Assembly (NCBI GenBank): GCA_036557525.1
Contig: DATBHH010000080.1
Location: 13,746 to 77,745 of the forward strand
DNA from: Solirubrobacterales bacterium
GTDB lineage: Bacteria; Actinomycetota; Thermoleophilia; Solirubrobacterales; 70-9
Length of the DNA: 64,000 nucleotides
Direction: 5' to 3'
How positions within the stretch are numbered: position 1 is the stretch's first letter; each line of letters starts with the position of its first letter. This document shows, one piece after another, positions 9,785-18,133 of this stretch. The notes beneath the pieces are model-generated. The model saw only the letters and a program-made list of their open reading frames with translations, was not told the DNA's origin and did not search any database. Made by a program: the position numbers and the translations under genes.

Positions 9785-10585
9785 TCAGGCGCCGCACGCC
9801 TTGAGGACGATTACCGTTTCGAGCTTCCTGCCGCCGCCCCGTTTCGCCTTGATGTGGAGCGTGTAGGTCTTGCCGAGTTCGGCGGCGAACTGCGACCCCG
9901 GCACCTTGGCGACGAGCTTCGTTCCCCGGACGACCCGCCGCCAGCTGTGTCCCACGCCCTCCTGGTCGAAGCCGAGGTCGACCGCGGCGGACATTTTTTT
10001 AACGCCCGGCGCCCTGGTCGAGGCGCGGAGGGTGAAGTCGCCCGTCACGCAGCCCTTGGGAAGGGCCCTCAGCTTGATCGCCTTCGAACCGCTGACCGCC
10101 GGGGGCGTGCTGACGGCGATCCTCTGGATCACCTCGTTGTTCGAGTTGTCGTCGTCCTGGTATCCGCCTTCGTAGGGGTTTGGGAGCAGGCTCACGAAGT
10201 GGTTCATCGATTCGTTCACCGTGACCGCCGCCTTCAGCTGCGCGCTCGCGCCGGGCGCGAGTGCCCCCAGTTCGCAGATCCAGTCGTTGTACTGATTGGC
10301 GAGATTCGCCGAGTTGTCCTTGCATGTCCCCTGCGACGTCGAGACCGAGGTGTAGGGATTGTCGGCGCCCAGCCCGTGCCCACGCAACGAGAAGAGCTCG
10401 ACGAAAACCGCTTCGTAGGGTTCGGTCCCGTGATTGGCGATGATGGCGTCGAAGCTGACCGACTGGCCGGGGCTGACCACCGTCGCCGACGGCGTCGCGC
10501 TGACCCCGAGGTCGATCTTGGCCTGCGCCGCCGCCGGCGCGACCAGCATCAGGAGCGCGGCCCCAAGGCAGGCTGCGAGTCTCAT
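9785..10585 (-). CDS. exported protein, beta-sandwich (DUF11/CARDB-like) N-domain and basic C-terminal domain
   Basis: Signal peptide MRLAACLGAALLMLVAPAAAQA from ATG at 10585, followed by GQSVSFDAIIANHGTEPYEAVFVELFS. Confidence 0.6.
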   Translation of the reverse strand: MRLAACLGAALLMLVAPAAAQAKIDLGVSATPSATVVSPGQSVSFDAIIANHGTEPYEAVFVELFSLRGHGLGADNPYTSVSTSQGTCKDNSANLANQYNDWICELGALAPGASAQLKAAVTVNESMNHFVSLLPNPYEGGYQDDDNSNNEVIQRIAVSTPPAVSGSKAIKLRALPKGCVTGDFTLRASTRAPGVKKMSAAVDLGFDQEGVGHSWRRVVRGTKLVAKVPGSQFAAELGKTYTLHIKAKRGGGRKLETVIVLKACGA

Positions 10586-10709
10586 CGCTCCGCGCACCGA
10601 GGAAGACTGTACGCCGGATCCGCGACCAGTCAATCGGTTTCTCGCGAAATCTCCGGGCGCGTCCGGCCGGCTGCCTGCTCCGCGCCACCCGTAGAATCCG
10701 CCTTCTCCC

Positions 10710-10783
10710 GCGCCCGTAGCTCAGTTGGATAGAGCGTCGGTCTACGAAACCGAAGGTCACAGGTTCGAATCCTGTCGGGCGCG
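10710..10783 (+). tRNA. tRNA-Arg (anticodon ACG)
   Basis: GCGCCCGTAGCTCAGTTGGATAGAGCGTCGGTCTACGAAACCGAAGGTCACAGGTTCGAATCCTGTCGGGCGCG. All four stems pair and the anticodon loop is CUACGAA. Confidence 0.9.
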
Positions 10784-10932
10784 TTGAGAATTTCGCCGTG
10801 AACCAGGCGCCGTTGACTGTTCCCAGGCGGAAGGCCAGGCGAGGACTTGGCGCTGCCCTCTCACCAGCAGGTCCCCGATTCAGGATCCTGGGCTGAGTTT
10901 GAGAAACCTGAGATCGCCGGTACCCTGCTGCA

Positions 10933-12309
10933 ATGCGCCTCGGGATTTGGGGGATAGCGAGCGTCGTCTTCTTGGCGCTGGCTCCTACCGCCTCTGCCGG
11001 GCAGCGCTACGCGGCGCCCGCCGGGACGGGAACCGAATGCACGCAGGAAAAACCCTGCGAACTCAAAGATGCCGTAGGCGCGGCGAATGCCGGCGACGAG
11101 GTGATCATCACCTCCGGGACCTACGAAGCGAAAAGCCCGATCTTTGCCCCAGCAGTCACAAACGTGCAGATCCACGGTGACACGAGCGGTCCGAAGCCGA
11201 GGATCATTGCCGCCTTCGCGGGCGCTGTGTTCTCGCTCTTCCAGACCGGTGACAGCCTCAGCTACGTCGACATTGAAGACAGTGCGAACAACGGCATCGG
11301 TGCTGCCTGCTTCGGCGCAAGGCTGGAAAGGATCAGCGTGCGGATAGTCGGCGCAAGCGCCATCGGTGCCGTTGCGCAACCCGAATGCGTGATCCGCAAC
11401 AGCCTCTTCCGGGTCGAAGGCGCCGGCTCGATCGGAATCCGCGGAATCGGATTGGCGCCGACCGGCTCGACCTTCGTGCGGAATGTGACAGCGATCGCGT
11501 CGGGCTCGGTATCAACCGGCGTCAGCGCCGAGTACGACGAACCGGTCGAAGGCAGCTACACCCTTGATCTGTTGAACTCGATCGCGCAGGGGGGCGAACA
11601 GGACCTGAAGGCGCTCGCAGGTGCAAAAGGCGTCGGCACCATCGCCGTCAACCATTCCAACTTCGATACCTCGAAAGCCGAAGGCGAAGCGAAAGTGATC
11701 GACGGGGGCGGCAACCAGACGGCGCCGCCGCTCTTCGTCGACGCCGAAAACCGCAACTACCACGAGGCGGCGGGCTCACCGACCATCGACGCCGGAATCG
11801 CGGGAGAACTCGGCCCGCTCGACCTAGACGGCAGCCCGCGCATCCTGGGTCCCGCGCCCGACATGGGTGCCTATGAGACCTCGAACCCGATGACGGTGAC
11901 GCCGGTGGCCCAGCTGCAGTCCCTGAAGCTGTCGCCGACCTCATTCCGCGCCGCGAAATCAGGCGCCGCCGTGGCCAGCGCCAAGAAGAAATCGAAGGGA
12001 CCGGTCGGGACGACGGTCACCTACTCCCTCTCCCTGGCCGGCAAGGTCGACTTTACCGTCGAACAGCTCACCACCGGCCGCAAGGTCGGAAAGAAGTGCG
12101 TGAAACAGACTCCGGCGAACAAGGGGAAGAAGAAGTGCGATCTGACCAAGCGGCTCAAGGGCGGCTTCTCCGAGACCGGGGCCACCGGGCAGAACCGCTT
12201 CAAGTTCACCGGGCGTCTGGGCAGCAAGGCACTGAAGCCCGGCCGCTACCGCCTGGCCGGCAGCGCGGGTGGCGTCGCCAAGCGCGCGAATTTCAAGATC
12301 GTCGGATGA
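10933..12309 (+). CDS. exported right-handed beta-helix protein with Lys/Arg-rich C-terminal module
   Basis: Signal peptide MRLGIWGIASVVFLALAPTASA. GTGTECTQEKPC...AGDEVIITSGTYE opening and LDLDGSPRILGPAPDMGAYE closing motif of parallel beta-helix proteins. The tail ends KPGRYRL...FKIVG. Confidence 0.7.
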   Translation: MRLGIWGIASVVFLALAPTASAGQRYAAPAGTGTECTQEKPCELKDAVGAANAGDEVIITSGTYEAKSPIFAPAVTNVQIHGDTSGPKPRIIAAFAGAVFSLFQTGDSLSYVDIEDSANNGIGAACFGARLERISVRIVGASAIGAVAQPECVIRNSLFRVEGAGSIGIRGIGLAPTGSTFVRNVTAIASGSVSTGVSAEYDEPVEGSYTLDLLNSIAQGGEQDLKALAGAKGVGTIAVNHSNFDTSKAEGEAKVIDGGGNQTAPPLFVDAENRNYHEAAGSPTIDAGIAGELGPLDLDGSPRILGPAPDMGAYETSNPMTVTPVAQLQSLKLSPTSFRAAKSGAAVASAKKKSKGPVGTTVTYSLSLAGKVDFTVEQLTTGRKVGKKCVKQTPANKGKKKCDLTKRLKGGFSETGATGQNRFKFTGRLGSKALKPGRYRLAGSAGGVAKRANFKIVG

Positions 12310-12464
12310 GAACCCCGCGGCGCTGGCGCAGAACGCTCAGCAGAAGGGCGTGAAGGGGTCGAAAACGGTTTCGCGCAGGATGCTTCGGTGACGCGAAGGT
12401 CCCCGCTCGGCAGGGTCATTTCGCGGGAACCGCTCCGTAGAGCAAATGCGGCACCCAAGCCGAA

Positions 12465-12506
12465 TCGGTCTACCGAGGGTCACAGGTTCGAATCCTGTCG
12501 GGCGCG
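12465..12506 (+). repeat. decayed copy of the tRNA-Arg 3' part (pseudo-tRNA / att-like repeat)
   Basis: 12478..12506 is identical (29/29) to 10755..10783. Similarity extends back to the anticodon stem (TCGGTCTA) with 3 nt missing from the anticodon loop, and there is no intact acceptor or D arm. Confidence 0.7.
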
Positions 12507-12628
12507 CTGAGCAGCGATCTCCCGACTTCTGCCACCTCGATATCCCGGCTCGGGCCCTGGAATTACGGCGGATCCGCCGCACGCGGTGAGACACTCGCGG
12601 CCCCCACCACCGCGAAAGGAGAGTCTCG

Positions 12629-13312
12629 ATGAGTGGATCGCGCCGTGAGGTATGGACGCCGATCGCCGGGATTGCGGCCACCATCACCTTCATCGTCGGC
12701 GTTGTGATGGTTGGCAATAGCCCTGAAGGCAGCGACTCCAATGCAAAGGTGCTCGCCTGGTATGCAGACAGCGGTCATCGCACCGGCGTGATTGTCGGGG
12801 CCTACGTTCTGATGTTTTTCGGTCTCTTTCTGCTCTGGTTTGCCGCCGGCCTGCGTCAGCGCCTGCGCACCGCGGTTGGCGAAGACGGTCGTCTCGCCAA
12901 CGTCGCGCTGGGGGGCGCGGTGCTCTGCGTCGCGCTGGTCTGGGGCGGAGCATTCGCCCTCGCGGCGATCCCCGCCGGGCAGTCCTTCGGCTCAGAGCCT
13001 GCGATCACCAATCCCGACCTGGCGCGGTTCCTGCCCCAGGCCGGCTTCGGCGCCATCCTGGTCGGCGGTATGTTCGGCGCGATCGCGATGATCGACGCAG
13101 CCTCGGTCGTCGGCCTTCGCACCGGCATATTCCCGCGCTGGCTGGTTTGGCTCGGATTTGTCTGCGGCGTCGTGCTGCTTTTCGGCGGCTTCTTCCTGCC
13201 GGCGATCGCCCTGCCGGTTTGGTTGATCGCGATGAGTATCTTTCTGTTCCGCGGCTCAGAGGAGGGGCCGTCCGCAAACGGGCGCTCCGCAGCGGTCCAG
13301 CCGGCTCCATAG
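12629..13312 (+). CDS. integral membrane protein, unknown function
   Basis: AAGGAGA Shine-Dalgarno sequence before the ATG. About six hydrophobic spans (IAGIAATITFIVGVVMVG, VIVGAYVLMFFGLFLLWFAAG, ...). Confidence 0.6.
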   Translation: MSGSRREVWTPIAGIAATITFIVGVVMVGNSPEGSDSNAKVLAWYADSGHRTGVIVGAYVLMFFGLFLLWFAAGLRQRLRTAVGEDGRLANVALGGAVLCVALVWGGAFALAAIPAGQSFGSEPAITNPDLARFLPQAGFGAILVGGMFGAIAMIDAASVVGLRTGIFPRWLVWLGFVCGVVLLFGGFFLPAIALPVWLIAMSIFLFRGSEEGPSANGRSAAVQPAP

Positions 13313-13366
13313 CTGGGAGGCCTCCTGAAGCGTGGTGTCGCCGCTCGCCCGCGCTAGCTTGCAGAG

Positions 13367-14611
13367 ATGACGGGAGGGCCCGACCCGCTTGGCGGAGGAC
13401 CGAATCACCGGCGCCGCCCCTGGATCGTGCTCGCCCTGCTGATCCTGCTCTTCCTCGCTGGGGCGGCGATCGTCCGCGCCGAGACCAAGGCGACGCCTCG
13501 AGTCGTCTTGCATCGCACCATCCCCGCGCTGCTGCACCTTCCCGGCAAGCCCTTCCACCCTGCCTGGCCGCGTGAAGGGCAGGCTGCGGTCGGGATCGAG
13601 GGACTCGCCAGCTTCGGGACCCACGGGCAGCAGGTCCCGGTTCCGATCGCGAGCGTCGCCAAGGTGATGACCGCCTACCTGACCCTCAGGAAGCACCCGC
13701 TGGTACCGGGCCGGGAAGGGTTTCGGATCCGGATCAGCCAGGCCGACGTCGATGACCTGCACGAACGGATCGCGCGCGATGAGTCGGTTGCGGAGGTGCG
13801 CGCCGGCGAGAGCCTCAGTGAGCGCGAGGCGCTCGAGGAGCTGCTGCTTCCCTCGGCCAACAACGTCGCCGCCCTGCTCGCCGTTCGCGATGCAGGCAGC
13901 ATCGGGTCCTTCGTCGCCCAGATGAACAGCGCCGCGGCCAAACTCGGTATGCGCCACACCCAGTACACCGATCCCAGCGGCTTCAAGGCCAGCACCGTCT
14001 CGACCGCGAGCGACCAGATGAAGCTCGCGCGCGAGGCCATGTCAGACCCGACATTTGCCCGGATCGTCGCGATGCGATCGGCAGAGCTGCCGGTCGCGGG
14101 CCGGGTCGTCAACTCGAACGAGTTGGTGGGCCACCACGGCTATCTGGGGATCAAGACCGGCTCCGACGAAGCGGCAGGAGGCTGCCTGCTCTTTGCCCGG
14201 CGAATCCAGGCGGGGAGCCGCACGCTGATGGTCCTCGGTGCGGTCTTCGGCCAGCACCACGGCGAATTGCTCGAGGGGGCCCTTGCCAGCGCAAATCGGC
14301 TCGCGAGCTCCCTTGCCGCCGAGTTCCGTGTCAGGACCGCGATCCCGGCCGGGGCCAAGGTCCTTGTCGCCCGCAGCCCGGACCTTCACACGGTGGACGG
14401 GATCACGGCAGCGCCGGTGCGCCAGCTGGGTTGGTCCGGCATGCCGGTCCGGGTGAGGTTGAGGATGGCGGCGCCCGGCAGCTCGGTCGCCGACCGCCAA
14501 CGGCTCGCCACTCTGACGGCCCACGGGACCAGCGTCACCAGGGTTCCCGTCATCGCCGGCGAAGCGTTGCCCGCTCCATCGGTCGAGTGGCGGCTGATGC
14601 ACCTTCCGTGA
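13367..14611 (+). CDS. D-alanyl-D-alanine carboxypeptidase (serine peptidase S11 / low-MW PBP)
   Basis: N-terminal membrane anchor. Motifs SVAK (SxxK), SANN (SxN) and KTGS (KTG) occur in the right order and spacing. Confidence 0.8.
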   Translation: MTGGPDPLGGGPNHRRRPWIVLALLILLFLAGAAIVRAETKATPRVVLHRTIPALLHLPGKPFHPAWPREGQAAVGIEGLASFGTHGQQVPVPIASVAKVMTAYLTLRKHPLVPGREGFRIRISQADVDDLHERIARDESVAEVRAGESLSEREALEELLLPSANNVAALLAVRDAGSIGSFVAQMNSAAAKLGMRHTQYTDPSGFKASTVSTASDQMKLAREAMSDPTFARIVAMRSAELPVAGRVVNSNELVGHHGYLGIKTGSDEAAGGCLLFARRIQAGSRTLMVLGAVFGQHHGELLEGALASANRLASSLAAEFRVRTAIPAGAKVLVARSPDLHTVDGITAAPVRQLGWSGMPVRVRLRMAAPGSSVADRQRLATLTAHGTSVTRVPVIAGEALPAPSVEWRLMHLP

Positions 14612-14617
14612 GCAAGT

Positions 14618-16624
14618 GTGGCGATGGCAAGAGGATCAGCGTTCGCCGTCACCCATTCTGAAGGTTGGCCGCCGCTGAGCGCGGTGGTTGACGAGGAGGC
14701 GGCTAAGCTTGATGCCCTGAGGTCGAGACGTTCAACCGATCGGTGGCGCAGACGTGTACGCGGCGCAAATCGGGCAGCCCTGGCGCTCGCGTTGGGGCTC
14801 TCGCTCACCGGCAGCCCGTCGGCTGATGCCCGAGGCATCCTCTTCGCCTCGAACTCGGGCTCGCTTGGTGGGATCGAAAGCATCACCCCGTTCACGGTGA
14901 ATGGGGATGGCAGCCTCGTCCCCCAGAAAGTCGTTTCGGTCGGAGACCGCCCCGAAGGCATGGCGATCACCCCCGATGGCCGCTTCCTATACGTGGCGAC
15001 AAGTGTCTCGCCGGGCGTTCGCGGCTACGCGATCGGCCAGGGCGGTGCCCTCACCGAGGTATCCGGGTCGCCGTTCAAAAGCGAAGGGATCGACACCTCC
15101 GGCGTCGCCGTTGCGCCCTCCGGCGACAGGCTCTTCGTCACGAATCGCGGCACCGGGCTCAACAACGCGGCGGATCCGGGTTCAGTAGCGGTCTACGACA
15201 TCGACCCCGCCAGTGGCTCGCTGACCCCCGTGGGCGGTTCTCCGTTCGGGGTCACGGGACTCGAGGATCCGGACGGCATCGCGGTTGCACCCGACGGAAG
15301 CCACGTGTTTGTCACCGGAGACGCCGCGGGCCCGACCTTCGACCCGCGGGTGGCGGTTTTCGAAATCGCTCCCGGCACCGGCTTCATCAGCCAGGTCGGG
15401 GGGTCCCCATTCGCGAGCGGGTCCAAACAGGCGGTCCCGATAGTCGTATCTCCGAATGGAAAGCGAGTCTTCGTCGGCAACGTGAATCTGGTTTCGGGAA
15501 ACACCATCTCGGTGCTGGATGTGAACCAGGAAACCGGTGCCCTCAGCCCGGTCCTCGGGTCGCCCTTCGCAACCGCAGGGACGGCGCCCGTAGGGCTCGC
15601 CATGACCCCGGACGGCTCGCGGTTGCTCTCGGGTGAGCGGGCGGCCGGGTTCGCCAGGGGAGTATCGGTATACGACCTCTTCGCCAGCGGGGTAATTACC
15701 CCGATTTTCGGCTCCCCATTCAGCACGGACGAAAGAGAAGTGAGGGGAGCGGCCGTATCCGCGGACGGCCGCAGGGTCTACGCAATGACGAGCGCCGAAC
15801 CCGGTGTCGTGATGGGATTCTCGATCGAAGGAGGGGGCGAGCTTTCGCCCCTCGCCGGCTCTCCCTATCCGACCGGTGACCAATTCTCCGGAAGTTTCCC
15901 GATCGCGATCGTCCCCACCCAGACTCCTCGACCCGCCTTCGGGCCGTCGACCACGGAGCTGGGTGACCCGACGGCGTTCGATGCGTCTGCGACGACGGTC
16001 GACGGAGGGGAGGCGACCAGCTTCGACTGGGACTTCGGTGACGGCACAAAGCTGGCGGACGGCGGTCCGAGACCAACCCACACCTACGCCGCGCTCGGCA
16101 CGTACCGGGTCACCCTGACGGTGAGGAACGATTGCGCGAGCGACGCCGTCTTCACAGGCAACACCGTCTTCACCGGGCAGACCGCCCTCTGCAACGGGCC
16201 TCCGACGGCAACATCGGCCAGGACGCTCGCGGTCGTCGATTCGAAGGCGCCGGTCATCAGCGGGCTGGCCATCGCCGGGCGCTTTGCACCGGGCTCCAAG
16301 CCGACCGCGAAGTCGGCCGTGGCATCGGCAGCGAAGCGAATACGGCGAGGGGCGAAGATCCGCTACTCGCTGTCCGAGACGGCGCAGACGACGATCGTGT
16401 TCGAGCGGAAGTCCAAGACCGGGAGGAGGAAGCGCTTCAAGAAGGTTGGCACCCTGACCCGCCGGGGCAAGGAGGGGCGGAACGTCGTGCCGTTCTCAGG
16501 ACGGATCGGACGCCGCCCGCTGGCGCCTGGCCGCTATCGCCTGGTGGTGACGGCGACCGACGGGTCCGGGAACACCTCGAAGCAGAAGCGAAAGGGCTTT
16601 TCGATCGTACCGGCGCCGCGTTGA
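14618..16624 (+). CDS. exported 7-bladed lactonase/YVTN-type beta-propeller, PKD domain and Lys/Arg-rich C-terminal module
   Basis: Repeated blades (LYVATS, LFVTN, VFVTGD, VFVGN with GGSPF connectors). PKD signature FDWDFGDGT...HTYAALGTYRVTLTVRND. The tail ends APGRYRLVVTATDGSGN...FSIV. Confidence 0.75.
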   Translation: MAMARGSAFAVTHSEGWPPLSAVVDEEAAKLDALRSRRSTDRWRRRVRGANRAALALALGLSLTGSPSADARGILFASNSGSLGGIESITPFTVNGDGSLVPQKVVSVGDRPEGMAITPDGRFLYVATSVSPGVRGYAIGQGGALTEVSGSPFKSEGIDTSGVAVAPSGDRLFVTNRGTGLNNAADPGSVAVYDIDPASGSLTPVGGSPFGVTGLEDPDGIAVAPDGSHVFVTGDAAGPTFDPRVAVFEIAPGTGFISQVGGSPFASGSKQAVPIVVSPNGKRVFVGNVNLVSGNTISVLDVNQETGALSPVLGSPFATAGTAPVGLAMTPDGSRLLSGERAAGFARGVSVYDLFASGVITPIFGSPFSTDEREVRGAAVSADGRRVYAMTSAEPGVVMGFSIEGGGELSPLAGSPYPTGDQFSGSFPIAIVPTQTPRPAFGPSTTELGDPTAFDASATTVDGGEATSFDWDFGDGTKLADGGPRPTHTYAALGTYRVTLTVRNDCASDAVFTGNTVFTGQTALCNGPPTATSARTLAVVDSKAPVISGLAIAGRFAPGSKPTAKSAVASAAKRIRRGAKIRYSLSETAQTTIVFERKSKTGRRKRFKKVGTLTRRGKEGRNVVPFSGRIGRRPLAPGRYRLVVTATDGSGNTSKQKRKGFSIVPAPR

Positions 16625-16727
16625 CGCGAACGTAGGCGGCATTGGGCTGGCCTCCTTCGCGCGCTTCGGTGGATGCGAAAGTCGCCGGTCAGCAGGGCTA
16701 TTTCGCCGGAATTGGCTCTGAATTCGG

Positions 16728-17420
16728 CTACGACAGAGGCCCGACCCAGTGCATCGAGAAGTGCGGCCCCCGGGAGCCATCGGTGCCTTCGACGGCGAGA
16801 GAGCCGCCGCTGGTCTGCTCGACCTCGGCGACCACGTATTCGCCGGCGCGGAGTGCGACCAAGCCCGAGACCGAGAGGCTCGTGGGAGCGGGGCTGGGCA
16901 CGGCGTTCGAGAGCTGAACCGCCGGCGGGCTGTTGTCGTTTTCCTTCACCTCGACCTTGAGCTGCCGGAAGCCGTTGGAGTTGGCCGCGAAGCTGACGTT
17001 CGCCGAGACCTGGTAGATGCCGTCGACGGGCGCCGTCAGCCGCGGCCCGCTTCCGGTGTGCATCTCGGCGGTGTCGAATTCCTCGGCGTCGAAATCGAGT
17101 GGCACGACGGTGTTGGTGTTGAACGATTGAGGTTCGTCATTGGTCACGCTGGCCGCGATCGTCCTCGTCGGTCCGGGGGGGCCGGGGGGACCCACGGGGC
17201 CGGGGTTGCCGGCGGGCAGGCTGCCGGCCTTGAAGTCGCGCGCTTCCAGGGATCCGTTCTTGACCTTCGGCGAGGTCACCGAGTTCTTCCTCAACTGCTT
17301 GGCGCCGACGCTGTTCCTCGGCAGATGGGTGGCCGCATAGGAGGCGCCGCCGAGGGCGACAAAGAGCGCGACCCCCGCGAGCACGTTGGCAAAGCTCAAG
17401 CGAGTTCGAAGCCACCGCAC
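16728..17420 (-). CDS. N-terminally anchored protein with decapeptide repeats, short collagen-like stalk and C1q/TNF-like head
   Basis: TM/signal anchor FANVLAGVALFVALGGASYA. NSVGAKQLRK/NSVTSPKVKN repeats. GNPGPVGPPGPPGP (17169..17210). VVPLDFDAEEFDTAEMHTGSGPRLTAPVDGIYQVSANVSF matches the C1q-domain core pattern. Confidence 0.7.
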   Translation of the reverse strand: MRWLRTRLSFANVLAGVALFVALGGASYAATHLPRNSVGAKQLRKNSVTSPKVKNGSLEARDFKAGSLPAGNPGPVGPPGPPGPTRTIAASVTNDEPQSFNTNTVVPLDFDAEEFDTAEMHTGSGPRLTAPVDGIYQVSANVSFAANSNGFRQLKVEVKENDNSPPAVQLSNAVPSPAPTSLSVSGLVALRAGEYVVAEVEQTSGGSLAVEGTDGSRGPHFSMHWVGPLS

Positions 17421-17457
17421 GAGCCGATCTTAAGGCGTGCCCGACGCGATCGCCAAT

Positions 17458-17477
17458 CGAAGGTTCGAATCCTGTCG
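17458..17477 (+). repeat. remnant of the tRNA-Arg T-arm region
   Basis: CGAAGG+TTCGAATCCTGTCG equals tRNA-Arg 10750..10778 with the 7 nt TCACAGG missing. The flank motif GAATTTCGGC recurs at 17532. Confidence 0.5.
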
Positions 17478-17566
17478 AGACCCGGGCCGGATTTCAGTCG
17501 CTACGCTGAGGGCCGGGTCGCGGTTGTGCGGGAATTTCGGCTCAAATCCAAGGAGCGGAGTGCAGC

Positions 17567-17998
17567 ATGAGCATCGACGAGGACCAGATGGTCCTGGCCC
17601 ACTTCATCGTCGCCGAGGACATCGAGCGGTCCCGCCGCTTCTACACCGAGGTCCTCGGAGGCAGGACGGTGATCGGGGGCGAGGCGGGCGACCAGGTGAC
17701 CTACGTTGCCCTTGCCAACAGCTGGATCATCATCAACGTCGGGGGCGGCCCGACCGACGACAAGCCCACGGTTACCCTCGAGACGCCGCCCGACCCCGAC
17801 CGGGTGTCGAGCTTCCTCAACATCCGGGTCGCCGACATCCAATCCGTCTACGAGGAGTGGAAAGGGCGTGGTGCCGAGTTCCTGACGCCGCCCAAGCAGC
17901 ATGAGACGGAGCTCCGTTGCTACGTCCGGGACCCCGACGGCTACATCATCGAGGTCGGCCAGACGACGCTGGCGCGGGGTTGGCGCCCCCCGTCTTGA
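17567..17998 (+). CDS. VOC / glyoxalase-bleomycin resistance family protein
   Basis: AAGGAG Shine-Dalgarno sequence. HFIVAEDIERSRRFYTEVLGG ... CYVRDPDGYIIEVGQ. Confidence 0.8.
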   Translation: MSIDEDQMVLAHFIVAEDIERSRRFYTEVLGGRTVIGGEAGDQVTYVALANSWIIINVGGGPTDDKPTVTLETPPDPDRVSSFLNIRVADIQSVYEEWKGRGAEFLTPPKQHETELRCYVRDPDGYIIEVGQTTLARGWRPPS

Positions 17999-18133
17999 GC
18001 TCACTCTGCCAACCAAACTGCCCCGCCGGCACGGCTCAGGGCACGCCTTGACAGGCCCGTGGTCGGCTGAAAGGGTCAGCCTGTCGTGGGACTGCCACCG
18101 AGTGAGGAGCGCACCCACCGACGGACCCGGGCA

